The notes under the pieces: model-generated
The model's input: the letters and a program-made list of their open reading frames with translations, nothing else
Told to the model about the DNA's origin: nothing
Databases searched by the model: none
In this document: in pieces, positions 50,458-59,727 of the stretch
How the letters are laid out: each line of letters begins with the position of its first letter
Position numbering within the stretch: position 1 is the stretch's first letter
Source of the DNA: a virus
Taxonomy: Duplodnaviria > Caudoviricetes
Strand: one strand, 5' to 3'
Virus record (IMG/VR): IMGVR_UViG_3300021387_000143
Location: 25,384-89,383 of that record
DNA: 64,000 nucleotides
Translations under genes and position numbers: made by a program

Positions 50458-50473
50458 TTCCCTCTACGGGCAG
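50458..50473 (+). repeat. Dispersed motif copy, intergenic (TTCCCTCTACGGGCAG)
   Basis: Left arm of an inverted pair. Confidence 0.9.
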
Positions 50474-50580
50474 ATTATAATAAGCAAATTTGTTTACAAG
50501 ATGTACAAAACCAATGATTATTTAACTAAGTTTATCATCAATGTTAACGCAAGCGTAACATCAATGTTGCTTACTAGTCA

Positions 50581-50596
50581 CTCCCCGTGGAGGGAA
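50581..50596 (-). repeat. Dispersed motif copy, intergenic (TTCCCTCCACGGGGAG on -)
   Basis: Right arm of the inverted pair. Confidence 0.85.
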
Positions 50597-50604
50597 CATT
50601 AGCA

Positions 50605-50790
50605 TCAATCAATAAATACCTTTATATCTTGTCCACAATCATTACATTCAACTTGAAGTCCATAACCAAGTTCAAGAGTCATTTCTTCTTCCATAGAAAG
50701 ATTCATTACATGTTTCTTTTCACAAGTAGGACATTCAAATTCATAACAATTATTTAAGATATTATACGTGGCAGTTACTTTTTTAGGCAT
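50605..50790 (-). CDS. Small zinc-ribbon protein
   Basis: 61 aa with CPTC...CNDC. Confidence 0.65.
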   Translation of the reverse strand: MPKKVTATYNILNNCYEFECPTCEKKHVMNLSMEEEMTLELGYGLQVECNDCGQDIKVFID

Positions 50791-51074
50791 TACATATATA
50801 TAAGGATAAGTTCATCTATATTTTCACTCTTATCAATATTTACTTTTTCTATACCACTTCTAAAGATTAAATAATATAAATACATTGCCATAGCATGAAG
50901 CTGCTTTATATAAAATTCTCTACTCATATTTGGGGTAAAAGTAAGTTTATCCCAATTTCCAACCATAGATGCAAGTTTAATAAATCTAGTTTCTAGTTGA
51001 TAATATTCAGCTTTAAATCTGTCTATATAATCATCAGACAGCATTAAATCAACAGTATCTTTTAGTTCTTTCAT
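50790..51074 (-). CDS. Conserved phage protein (resembles crAss001_48-related family)
   Basis: LKDTVDLMLSDDYIDRFKAEYYQL motif recognised from memory. Confidence 0.55.
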   Translation of the reverse strand: MKELKDTVDLMLSDDYIDRFKAEYYQLETRFIKLASMVGNWDKLTFTPNMSREFYIKQLHAMAMYLYYLIFRSGIEKVNIDKSENIDELILIYM

Positions 51075-51080
51075 AATTTC

Positions 51081-51407
51081 TTATGATTTACAACATTTTT
51101 CGTTTTCAAATTCTTTATTACAAAAGAAATACTTTGTTATAGGAATCATATAACAAAATTCACAATAACATCTTTTTATAGGACAAAATATATCTTCATC
51201 TAGCATTATAAAATTCTCTAAAAATGATTCTAAACTCCTTACAAATCTTTCTTTAGATTCTACTTGATAATATAGCACTGCATAATACCATTCACCAGTA
51301 TCAGGATGTTTAGATTTTAGAACATCTCTAATGAAATATGTATGTCCTTTTTCAACATGAGTAAATTTAGCACAGCCAATGAAGCCTTTAAGCTCCTGTA
51401 CTGCCAT
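51081..51407 (-). CDS. DUF1653-like protein
   Basis: FTHVEKGHTY...HPDTGEWYYAVLY...RFVRSLESF pattern; start uncertain (track gives 51452). Confidence 0.6.
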   Translation of the reverse strand: MAVQELKGFIGCAKFTHVEKGHTYFIRDVLKSKHPDTGEWYYAVLYYQVESKERFVRSLESFLENFIMLDEDIFCPIKRCYCEFCYMIPITKYFFCNKEFENEKCCKS

Positions 51408-51837
51408 GCCCACCTGTTCCTCGCTCAGTTTCGGAAAGCTCATCTGTTTCAACTAGATTAATTTGTGGATAAGGCATAATAATTAATTGAGCAATTCTAT
51501 CACCAACTTTATATGGAGTTGGAGTTTCATCAGTAATCGGGTCGCCATTGAAATCCCTTTGCTTAAATGTTACCATAATTTCCCCTCTATATCCAGAATC
51601 AATAATGCCAACATGATTAGTCATATAAGCACTAGTTTTTCTATTGGAACTTCTAGGAAATACTAAACCAACGTAACCTTCAGGAATTTCAATCGCAATG
51701 CCAGTTCCATAAATATGATTATCTAATTCTTCATCATATTTATAATTCACAGCAACTAAATCCATTCCAGCATCACCTGGCTTGGCATACTTTGGAGTAA
51801 CTACTCCATCAACAAGTTTTTTAAACTTTACATCCAT
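51388..51837 (-). CDS. dut: Trimeric dUTPase
   Basis: All five motifs present: AGMDL, PRSS, GIIDSGYRGEI, RIAQL, RGTGGHGSTG. Confidence 0.97.
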   Translation of the reverse strand: MDVKFKKLVDGVVTPKYAKPGDAGMDLVAVNYKYDEELDNHIYGTGIAIEIPEGYVGLVFPRSSNRKTSAYMTNHVGIIDSGYRGEIMVTFKQRDFNGDPITDETPTPYKVGDRIAQLIIMPYPQINLVETDELSETERGTGGHGSTGA

Positions 51838-51839
51838 AA

Positions 51840-52862
51840 TTAAACTTCAAGTAAATAATCACTAAATGCTTTAATTTTGTTAGCTTTATCTCCAAACAGA
51901 AGAGAATCAAATCTCTTTTGCCCTTCGACATTGTCTACATTTGAATAATAACCGGTAACAGCATTATATACTCCCCATGCTGTACCGATGATTTCTTTCT
52001 GAGCAATACCATTATAATAATAATCATTTAGATTACTAATAGTATTAACTTTCTTCATAGATATTCCGCTATCGTTAATAGCTCTATAATTTCTATTAAC
52101 AATTTCAAACTTGGTATGACCTGTATCAGCAAGTTGTTGAACCTCAGCATCACTTAAAATTAAATCACAAAATGCTTCTTGTGCTTTAGCATCATTCATT
52201 TCCTTTTTACCAAGTAAATCATAAACTAACTGTAAATTCTTAATTTTAGTATTACAAATACCAAGGATTTCATGAGCTAAATCTATATTTTTATGAACAC
52301 TCTTAGTATGTCTATAACTAATATAACTATCAGCATTTTTAACAGCAGCATTTAAACAATTCTGACAAAAGATTCTAATTGGTGTAAGCATAATCTTTAC
52401 ACCAGTACTTCCATCATGACTAGTTACAAATACTAAATAATTATCTACCGGATCTCCATTTATTGTAATTGTATTAGGTAACTTAGCACTAACAAATACT
52501 CTACTACCACCATCACAACATCCAGCAGTTTGCCAAATTGCTTCATTCTTACCAATAGCATCATTAAAGAATTTAAAAGCATCTCTATTTTGCACAGGTT
52601 CATATCTACCTTTAACAATACCAAGTGGTTGCCCAGTATCACTTCTATAAGTAGCATACATATTTTCTACAGGATTATATGCACCTGAATCAGTAAATAT
52701 ACCTCCAGGACATATAGTTTTTGCATTAGGAATCTTAGCAAATATTTCAGCTTTTCTTACATCCCAATTTAAACCAGCTTTTTCAATAACCTCTTCAGCA
52801 GTTTTGCAGTCGTCAACATTTTTAACTCCTCCAAAAACAAAAGGCATTCCTCTAGTTTCCAT
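51840..52862 (-). CDS. DUF932-family protein
   Basis: AGLNWDV, RSDTGQPLGIVKGRYEPVQN, TSHDGS, TPIRIFCQN, TAWGVYNAVT motifs. Confidence 0.85.
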   Translation of the reverse strand: METRGMPFVFGGVKNVDDCKTAEEVIEKAGLNWDVRKAEIFAKIPNAKTICPGGIFTDSGAYNPVENMYATYRSDTGQPLGIVKGRYEPVQNRDAFKFFNDAIGKNEAIWQTAGCCDGGSRVFVSAKLPNTITINGDPVDNYLVFVTSHDGSTGVKIMLTPIRIFCQNCLNAAVKNADSYISYRHTKSVHKNIDLAHEILGICNTKIKNLQLVYDLLGKKEMNDAKAQEAFCDLILSDAEVQQLADTGHTKFEIVNRNYRAINDSGISMKKVNTISNLNDYYYNGIAQKEIIGTAWGVYNAVTGYYSNVDNVEGQKRFDSLLFGDKANKIKAFSDYLLEV

Positions 52863-53289
52863 AATTTAGTGTTTTGTAATTAACAATATAATGTTGATTT
52901 TTTATTTCTTCATTAATTTTAAATTCTATAACATGAGTTTGTTTTAATGTTTCTATATACTTATTTAATATTTTAACATCACATATAAATATATATGTAT
53001 CTAAAACTGCATCATATAATGATGTAACTGGAATTAATATTGGTTCAACATATCTATTCATTCTATCCATTTCTTCAAAATTATTAAAATCTCTATCATA
53101 ATATAATTGAGAAGGTAAATATTTACCTGTTATAAATCCTCCTCCAGATTTTACAAATATAGAAACATTTTCATCATTAAATCTAGATGGGATACTAGAT
53201 TCTTTAAATTGTTTCTTTGTACCCCATCTAGAAACTTCAAGTGCCCTAGTTATTTTAATTCTAAAAGGGCAATGGTTTACACATTTCAT
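52852..53289 (-). CDS. Hypothetical protein
   Basis: 145-aa ORF coupled to its neighbours. Confidence 0.6.
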   Translation of the reverse strand: MKCVNHCPFRIKITRALEVSRWGTKKQFKESSIPSRFNDENVSIFVKSGGGFITGKYLPSQLYYDRDFNNFEEMDRMNRYVEPILIPVTSLYDAVLDTYIFICDVKILNKYIETLKQTHVIEFKINEEIKNQHYIVNYKTLNYGN

Positions 53290-54050
53290 TTCATTGTTAA
53301 CGATACATTGTTATTTAACTCTGCAAATGTAACTTTTTTATCATTTAATATTTCTTTCATCTCAGTTTTACTAGTATTGCATTCACAAGATGAATCAATA
53401 TATGTAGCATTATGTTCTGCAATTAATGGTTCATTTCTTAATAAATCAATCAATTTACCATCAAAAACAAATTTACACTTTATACTAATTAAATCATTTG
53501 CAGTAATAGGGATAAATTCTTTATCAGCATTGAATGGATTAGCATCAAATTCTGCTTTATAATTAGCATTTAATGCTTGCAAGAATCCTTCCATATCGAA
53601 ATTATCTATATCAAATATACCTTCATCCATCAATTCATCTACATACTGAATAGTTCTATCAATAATTTCTTGTTCTCTATATTCATCTAATGTAACAGAT
53701 GTACTATTTCTAGTTCCTAATCTCATAGTAGGTAATTCAATATACTTACTACCAGATTTTGTTTCTTTACCAAACACTTGAACTGCATCAAGCATCACCT
53801 TTTTAAGTCGTTCAATTCGTTTGGTATAAACATCTCTTCTAGCCTTGATACGTTTCTCTTCTTCTTTGCAAGAGTTAATATCTAATTCAAATTGTCTTAC
53901 TGCTTGAGCATATTTTTGAAGTTTATCAGAAAGTTCTTCTTCTTTAATTTCTAATAGTTTTTCTTGCTCTTCAGTAATTTCTCCTTCTTGGTCTTCAATT
54001 ACTTGGAATAATTCTAGAAGGTCAGAACTAATATTATAAATACTTGCCAT
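53286..54050 (-). CDS. Siphovirus Gp157 / Gam-like coiled-coil protein
   Basis: MASIYNISSDL...KLQKYAQAVRQFELDINSCKEEEKRIKARR...IERLKKVM pattern. Confidence 0.75.
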   Translation of the reverse strand: MASIYNISSDLLELFQVIEDQEGEITEEQEKLLEIKEEELSDKLQKYAQAVRQFELDINSCKEEEKRIKARRDVYTKRIERLKKVMLDAVQVFGKETKSGSKYIELPTMRLGTRNSTSVTLDEYREQEIIDRTIQYVDELMDEGIFDIDNFDMEGFLQALNANYKAEFDANPFNADKEFIPITANDLISIKCKFVFDGKLIDLLRNEPLIAEHNATYIDSSCECNTSKTEMKEILNDKKVTFAELNNNVSLTMK

Positions 54051-54052
54051 AA

Positions 54053-54226
54053 TTAATTAAGTTGTTTAATTGTTAATACTCCGTCCGCTACCATCCACGA
54101 AATCTCATCTAAATTTAGATTGTATTCATTTTGTAGCATATCCTCAATTTCTTCTCCATCGAGGTTGTTATCACACTGAATACTAAGTATTTCAGTTGTA
54201 TTATGATTAAGAATATAAACAAACAT
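54053..54226 (-). CDS. 57-aa acidic protein absent from the ORF track
   Basis: Hand-translated MFVYILNHNTTEILSIQCDNNLDGEEIEDMLQNEYNLNLDEISWMVADGVLTIKQLN; fits between neighbours. Confidence 0.65.
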   Translation of the reverse strand: MFVYILNHNTTEILSIQCDNNLDGEEIEDMLQNEYNLNLDEISWMVADGVLTIKQLN

Positions 54227-54229
54227 AAC

Positions 54230-54388
54230 TTAATATTTTACAGTATGATACCTATATTCTTTAATTTTTCCACAATTAGCACATCTGCTGATAATAATTT
54301 TACCAACAACTTTATCGAACATAACTAAATCTTCTTCTTTGATTACTTCATAGTTATGTAAACCTAAAATACACATTAACCTTTTCAT
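54230..54388 (-). CDS. 52-aa DUF1660-like zinc-binding protein absent from the ORF track
   Basis: Hand-translated MKRLMCILGLHNYEV...SRCANCGKIKEY...; C-x-x-G-x-H...C-x-x-C. Confidence 0.7.
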   Translation of the reverse strand: MKRLMCILGLHNYEVIKEEDLVMFDKVVGKIIISRCANCGKIKEYRYHTVKY

Positions 54389-54735
54389 ATTGCTTGATTT
54401 AGTATTTCTTTAAATTTTTCATCATAAAAATCATCCCATTCATAATCTGATTCTACTATTTTCATATGTTCTCTAGAATCTTCTACAAATTTAGATAAAA
54501 CTTTTTTATTTTGTTTATTATATTTTTTAATTAATCTACAAGAACAAAATATACCATTACTACATATTGACGGTATATTTCCAACGCAATTTGCGCATCC
54601 TTCCTTTTCTTTTCTAATTACATACAAATTTCCATATTTAGTATGCAAACAAATTGGAATATTATATTCTGTATTAATGTGAACTTCATTTAAATGTAAT
54701 ATTCCAAAATACTTTTTACCTATTTCTAAACTCAT
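54385..54735 (-). CDS. Hypothetical Cys-rich protein
   Basis: 116 aa; CANC...C...CSC cluster. Confidence 0.6.
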   Translation of the reverse strand: MSLEIGKKYFGILHLNEVHINTEYNIPICLHTKYGNLYVIRKEKEGCANCVGNIPSICSNGIFCSCRLIKKYNKQNKKVLSKFVEDSREHMKIVESDYEWDDFYDEKFKEILNQAI

Positions 54736-55534
54736 GACCTTCTTCTTTTAAAAGATTAACAATTTTCTCCATTATTTCAACACAATTTGGATGTGGTCTA
54801 CCAGTAGTACCATAATATCTTTTATCTATAATATCTCTCCATTCTTTAATTGAATATGTATATACAACATGAGTACAAGTATCTAAAGGTAATAATCCTC
54901 TAGCATCTTGTTTATTCATGCCTTCCATTAAATTAATTTGATAATTATAAAATGATTCATTTATAGAATTAAGGTATCTATCTTTAATACGTTTATCATA
55001 CTTATTTGGTAAATCAAACCACCAAGGTCTGCATATAGTTCCTTGATCTACATATCTAGTACTTTCTTCTAATATATTATTAGGACTAACTCTATTAAGT
55101 TCTCTAGTTGTTGAAATTTGTGTTTGCAAATAAAAACTATATCTAAATATATTTTTAAAAATAATTTCAGTACTTTCAGCTTCTAATATATCTATTTCAA
55201 ATTTTTCAATAGCATAACTAAAAAACTCATTATCTAATAAATACTGAGAATTAATTGCAAGATATACGCAACTTTGTTTACATATATGATTAATAAAAAC
55301 ATTATTAGATATTACTTTCGCTATATGATCAGTAAGGTTGACAATTGGAATTTTATAATATTTAGTACCATGTCTAAATATAGATAAGTGACCACCTTTA
55401 ATACGAGCATCTAAAAATTTATCATTATCTACATCTCTTTCGCTTCTATAACATACTTTGGCACATCTAACAATATGTGCTTTAATATCTTCACCTTGTT
55501 TCCAAAGTTCTGCTTTTGGCTCAACTATAATCAT
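54716..55534 (-). CDS. thyX: Flavin-dependent thymidylate synthase ThyX (divergent)
   Basis: GHLSIFRHG, ISTTRELNRVS...EESTRYV, QDARGLLPL, GRPHP motifs; next to dNMP kinase. Confidence 0.85.
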   Translation of the reverse strand: MIIVEPKAELWKQGEDIKAHIVRCAKVCYRSERDVDNDKFLDARIKGGHLSIFRHGTKYYKIPIVNLTDHIAKVISNNVFINHICKQSCVYLAINSQYLLDNEFFSYAIEKFEIDILEAESTEIIFKNIFRYSFYLQTQISTTRELNRVSPNNILEESTRYVDQGTICRPWWFDLPNKYDKRIKDRYLNSINESFYNYQINLMEGMNKQDARGLLPLDTCTHVVYTYSIKEWRDIIDKRYYGTTGRPHPNCVEIMEKIVNLLKEEGHEFRNR

Positions 55535-56268
55535 AATACGTCGTGTGTTATTTGAAGTACTTGATAAAACAGGTTTGCAAGACTCTTATTATTATAAATA
55601 ACAATATGTGGATTAACATCTATAATTTCAGAATCATGAGTGTCTTCAACTTCATCATCTTCATTTCTAACAATTTTAATTATTCTACCATCAAGTTCAC
55701 ATATTAAATCTGCTCCATTTTTATATCTTACATCAGAAACATAACAAATATTGTGAACTTTAAGTAAATGTTTTATTGTATTTTCAGTAATATTAATCCA
55801 TATATCTTCACCTAGAATTTTTCTGCATATATCTGTTCCAAAATATTGCATTATATCTCTTAACTTTAAAACAATATATTTACCTTTAACTTTAAGTTCA
55901 CTATTAATGAAATCAGCAAATTCAAATAAATCATATTCATCTTTACATATATACATATAATTAAATTTTTGAATATCTGCCCAACTTTTAAATTTACCAG
56001 TATGTGGACAAAAGTACATTAAATCCTTATGTTTTCTATCATCAAAATATGCTCTAGGTATTTGAAACATTCTTGCAAGAATATCTTTCATAGGGTCAGC
56101 AAAGGCAACTTTAACTAATGATAAACTCCCCGTAAGGGAAGCATTACGCGCTACCCATCCTTCATAGCTAGCAATAGTACCGACAGTATTAATATAATGA
56201 ATCATACTAATCACTGTATCTTTACCACTGCCTTTCTTTCCGGCAACTGCTACAAGTTTAGTTTTCAT
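55531..56268 (-). CDS. Deoxynucleoside monophosphate kinase
   Basis: P-loop GKKGSGKDT, FADPMK, RDIMQYFGTDICR, SDVRY. Confidence 0.9.
   Translation of the reverse strand: MKTKLVAVAGKKGSGKDTVISMIHYINTVGTIASYEGWVARNASLTGSLSLVKVAFADPMKDILARMFQIPRAYFDDRKHKDLMYFCPHTGKFKSWADIQKFNYMYICKDEYDLFEFADFINSELKVKGKYIVLKLRDIMQYFGTDICRKILGEDIWINITENTIKHLLKVHNICYVSDVRYKNGADLICELDGRIIKIVRNEDDEVEDTHDSEIIDVNPHIVIYNNKSLANLFYQVLQITHDVL
56126..56140 (-). repeat. Dispersed motif copy with 1-nt deletion (TTCCCTTACGGGGAG on -)
   Basis: Inside dNMP kinase; encodes SLTGS. Confidence 0.75.
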
Positions 56269-56464
56269 ATATTTCTTTAATTTTGTTCATTGTTACTGTA
56301 ATAAGAGAACCTTCTTCAAGTTCTATAGTAGTACCATCAAGAAATTGTACAAATATTTGTCTATCTTTTCCTCTATAAACTCTCGCAATTAAGTTGACAT
56401 TAACATAATGTGGTTCATCATAACCTTTAACATCAACTTGTATAAAAGGAAATATACTACTCAT
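56258..56464 (-). CDS. Small hypothetical protein
   Basis: 68-aa ORF coupled to its neighbours. Confidence 0.6.
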   Translation of the reverse strand: MSSIFPFIQVDVKGYDEPHYVNVNLIARVYRGKDRQIFVQFLDGTTIELEEGSLITVTMNKIKEIYEN

Positions 56465-56718
56465 TTTATTAAATTTAATGCAATAAAATTTTTTACTTTA
56501 TCTTGTAAATCTGATACTTGAGAATTTATTTCAGTAATTATTCTATTAAGAACAACATTATGAATTTTGTTTCCAGTATCACGAACTTCAAAACTATTAA
56601 TCCAACTTTGTAGAAATAATACTATTTCTGAGTACATAACACATTTATCTACTCTTGAATTATTAGTTTCTTCAATTCGTTCAAGAATATCATCAATATC
56701 AATCATATTCAATATCAA
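56461..56718 (-). CDS. Small hypothetical protein
   Basis: 85-aa helical ORF. Confidence 0.6.
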   Translation of the reverse strand: MILNMIDIDDILERIEETNNSRVDKCVMYSEIVLFLQSWINSFEVRDTGNKIHNVVLNRIITEINSQVSDLQDKVKNFIALNLIK

Positions 56719-56728
56719 TTATTTTCAG

Positions 56729-56736
56729 CAAATTTA
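56729..56736 (-). promoter_or_regulatory. Possible Bacteroidota -7 element (TAAATTTG on -)
   Basis: TAnnTTTG(C) just upstream of the ORF starting at 56718; no clear -33. Confidence 0.45.
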
Positions 56737-56786
56737 CAAAATGTTTCGTAAAAATGTGAATTATTTTGACTTAAATACAGGCTTTC

Positions 56787-56841
56787 TGAGGGCGTTAAAT
56801 GTGGAGTAATATAGTTATTCATTCTCCACATAAAACGCTCA
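56787..56841. other. Long imperfect intergenic inverted repeat
   Basis: TGAGGGCGTTAAATGTGGAG ... CTCCACATAAAACGCTCA. Confidence 0.6.
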
Positions 56842-56866
56842 CACAATCAATGCTAGGTAGCAAATT

Positions 56867-57217
56867 TTAGATTATTTGCCACACATCACAAGAATCCAAT
56901 GACTCGATATAATTAAGTTCAAAATTAGGTATATCATCTGTTGTATTACTAACATATTCTTTTAATTCTTTAGTTAATCTAATTTTATATCTACCAATAT
57001 CATCTTTATAACATTTTTTACAACTATCATGAAATTTATCTTTTCCTAATAATATAAAATAATCATAATCACCATATTTATTACTTTGTTTAGCTTGTAA
57101 AAAATAATTATATTCTTTGTCATCAATTCTAAACACAAAAAAACCTCTCTTCTTATCGAAGAAAGGTTTGTTTTTATTAACAATTTTATCTATTATGTCA
57201 TATTTAACTATTTCCAT
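56867..57217 (-). CDS. Hypothetical protein
   Basis: Likely start MEIVKYDII at 57217 (track gives 57274). Confidence 0.6.
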   Translation of the reverse strand: MEIVKYDIIDKIVNKNKPFFDKKRGFFVFRIDDKEYNYFLQAKQSNKYGDYDYFILLGKDKFHDSCKKCYKDDIGRYKIRLTKELKEYVSNTTDDIPNFELNYIESLDSCDVWQII

Positions 57218-58436
57218 AGAGTTTAACTTCCTTGACATGAAATGGAACTTGATTAACTCCACTTCTTTCACCATAACTAATATATAGCTTTTTGCCTATA
57301 TATTCATCTCTATGTTTAAGATAATAGGCTTGAGAATCTAATGTTCCATTAATATGTACTTCAAATGTCTCACTATTAATATCATTTTTACATTTGAACA
57401 AAGGTATATCATGTCTTATTCCTCCTTCAGGATAAATATCAACAATAGTAAATATACCATCAGTGGTTCTTTTATATTTAATCATAGAACCATTCCGTTT
57501 ACCAAATTGATATTCTTTATCAGGATGACGCATAATAAGACCTTCAAAACCTTCATCTATAAATTTATTTCTATAATCAAATGCCTCAGCTTCTGAACCA
57601 ACTAAAAATGAAGGAAGAACTACAAATCTATCAGTGTTAGCAAAATGTTGTTCTTTTGAGTTAATACTAATTAGAAATTCACCAAAATAAGAACGAAGAA
57701 CATGATTTCTTCTATATTGTGGCATATCTTCAATAGCTAAATCATAACACCAAAATTGAACATCTTTATTTCTAAAACTAGTAGGATCCTTCACATAATG
57801 ATTAATTTGATTTACAGTACAATTAGGAATATATAATTCTCCATCTAAAGCTATATGGTCTTCACACATAACTTTAAGAAGTTTATCATCTATAACTGAA
57901 AGAAGATATTGCTCTAAATTATTTAAACTAGTCCAAATAGTTCCTTCTCTAGATTGAAATCTAAGTTTATATTTATTAAATAAATCATTTTCATTAACTT
58001 CTACTGTGATAAAACATCTCAATCCATTGATTTTCCATTGACCAAGATAACTAGCAACACTCTTAAATAATTTATTTTTAGTATTATCAAATACTTTTGC
58101 TAGCATAGGTAATAGATTACCTTCACTATTAGTTCTATCTATAGGAAGATATGTATTGAGATAATTCAGTAACTCTCCCTCTACGGGCAGATTAACATTA
58201 TCTTTAATTTCATAAAGATATTTATATCCGGCTTTTCTTTTAGCATTGACTCTAGATTTAATCTCAGCATCCAAACTTCTAGGAGTAACTATTATTTCCT
58301 TTATTAGTTTTTTTCCAACTCTACCATGATATATATTTAGACTAGTATCATCATATTTTTCAATAGCCCAAATACATGGCTCATTATAGTTATTTCTTCT
58401 ATAAAGAGCTTTAACCCAATTAAAGGTGTACATCAT
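57204..58436 (-). CDS. ATP-dependent DNA ligase
   Basis: Motif I QWKINGLRC, ALDGELY, FWCYDL, EGFEGLIMR, YQFGKRNGSMIKYK. Confidence 0.9.
   Translation of the reverse strand: MMYTFNWVKALYRRNNYNEPCIWAIEKYDDTSLNIYHGRVGKKLIKEIIVTPRSLDAEIKSRVNAKRKAGYKYLYEIKDNVNLPVEGELLNYLNTYLPIDRTNSEGNLLPMLAKVFDNTKNKLFKSVASYLGQWKINGLRCFITVEVNENDLFNKYKLRFQSREGTIWTSLNNLEQYLLSVIDDKLLKVMCEDHIALDGELYIPNCTVNQINHYVKDPTSFRNKDVQFWCYDLAIEDMPQYRRNHVLRSYFGEFLISINSKEQHFANTDRFVVLPSFLVGSEAEAFDYRNKFIDEGFEGLIMRHPDKEYQFGKRNGSMIKYKRTTDGIFTIVDIYPEGGIRHDIPLFKCKNDINSETFEVHINGTLDSQAYYLKHRDEYIGKKLYISYGERSGVNQVPFHVKEVKLYGNS
58175..58190 (+). repeat. Dispersed motif copy (CTCCCTCTACGGGCAG)
   Basis: Inside the ligase gene (antisense); encodes LPVEGE. 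Confidence 0.9.
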
Positions 58437-58761
58437 AGTCTTGTTTTTTATTATTATTAATAATTTTTTCTATGCCTTTTCTAATCTTTGGATTCCTCTC
58501 TACACTTTCAGGTTTAAGTAAATAAGCAATTTTCTTAAACTTTTTCCAATCTTTTTCACCAATAACTAATTCAGCAAAAGCACCTTCACCTAAAGTGCTT
58601 CTATGTCCAAATATATATTTAATTCCATATACTAATCGCTTCCAAAAAGGAAGTCTATTTAAATGAATATTAATATAAACTTCCTTGTCTTCTTCATTGT
58701 ATGTAATAATACAACAATGATTTATTTCTGCACATTTGCAAATAATCACTTCATCTTTCAT
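58420..58761 (-). CDS. Hypothetical protein
   Basis: 113 aa; IICKCAEINH...FWKRLVYGIKYIFG. Confidence 0.65.
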   Translation of the reverse strand: MKDEVIICKCAEINHCCIITYNEEDKEVYINIHLNRLPFWKRLVYGIKYIFGHRSTLGEGAFAELVIGEKDWKKFKKIAYLLKPESVERNPKIRKGIEKIINNNKKQDYDVHL

Positions 58762-59264
58762 TTCTTTTTAAAACTGAATGTCATATTATCTAGAGATATT
58801 ACATTAGTTTTAACTTTCTTCTTATTAAGTTCATCAAGAAGATTAGAGTCATCACTAAAGAAACTATCTCCAGTTTTAGGATTAACATAATTATAAGTAG
58901 TTTTGCCAAAAATATCTTTAGTTTCTAATTTATAATATTGATTCTTTACTTTTGGCTTTTTATTTGTAGTCTTAACTTTAACTTTTTCTATTCCAATACT
59001 AGCATCCTTTATTATAATATTTTCTTCATGAACTGCAAGAAACATATTATACATTTTATTATAAGTAAAAGGATTGCTGATATGGTCAATATAATAGGCA
59101 AAAGCATTTTTGAAAGACTCTTCATAATTTCTTGTAGTATAGTCAGTTTCAAAATTAAGACCTCTTCTTTTTGCACTATGCCATCTTAATAGTTCTTCGC
59201 ATAATACAATTGCAGATTTACTATTAAGATTACTACTCAGTGTTCTCCATTCTGTATAATTCAT
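58758..59264 (-). CDS. Hypothetical protein
   Basis: 168-aa ORF. Confidence 0.6.
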   Translation of the reverse strand: MNYTEWRTLSSNLNSKSAIVLCEELLRWHSAKRRGLNFETDYTTRNYEESFKNAFAYYIDHISNPFTYNKMYNMFLAVHEENIIIKDASIGIEKVKVKTTNKKPKVKNQYYKLETKDIFGKTTYNYVNPKTGDSFFSDDSNLLDELNKKKVKTNVISLDNMTFSFKKK

Positions 59265-59727
59265 TTAGTCTATTATAATTCTTTCTACTAATTCTATAAA
59301 TAATAATTCTTTCAGGTTTACCAATCATACAATGATGATATTTAAACCATAAAAGATTATCCCAAGTATGACTCCAAGGATTTATTCCATCTATTGTTCC
59401 AGCATTGTAATCAAAAGTAGTAGGAATAATATTTTTACAATCCATAACATTATCATCTACAATTGGTAGATTTCTAATAAATTCTATATCATTTTCATCT
59501 TTTAGATTAACTTTTCCATAAGCTAAAATTTCTTTACCTTCAACAAATAATTCAGAATCTAAATAAAATCTACTTCTTTTATAAATATTTTCATTCACTG
59601 AATTATCTATATCTTCCTCCTCTTTTGGAGTAATTTGCTGCATCACAATGACACTTGGGTCATGTTTAGTTCCAATACGGCAAAGTATTGTTCTCTTCTT
59701 CGTATTTAAGATATTGTACTTTGACAT
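59233..59727 (-). CDS. Hypothetical protein
   Basis: 164-aa ORF. Confidence 0.6.
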   Translation of the reverse strand: MSKYNILNTKKRTILCRIGTKHDPSVIVMQQITPKEEEDIDNSVNENIYKRSRFYLDSELFVEGKEILAYGKVNLKDENDIEFIRNLPIVDDNVMDCKNIIPTTFDYNAGTIDGINPWSHTWDNLLWFKYHHCMIGKPERIIIYRISRKNYNRLNELYRMENTE

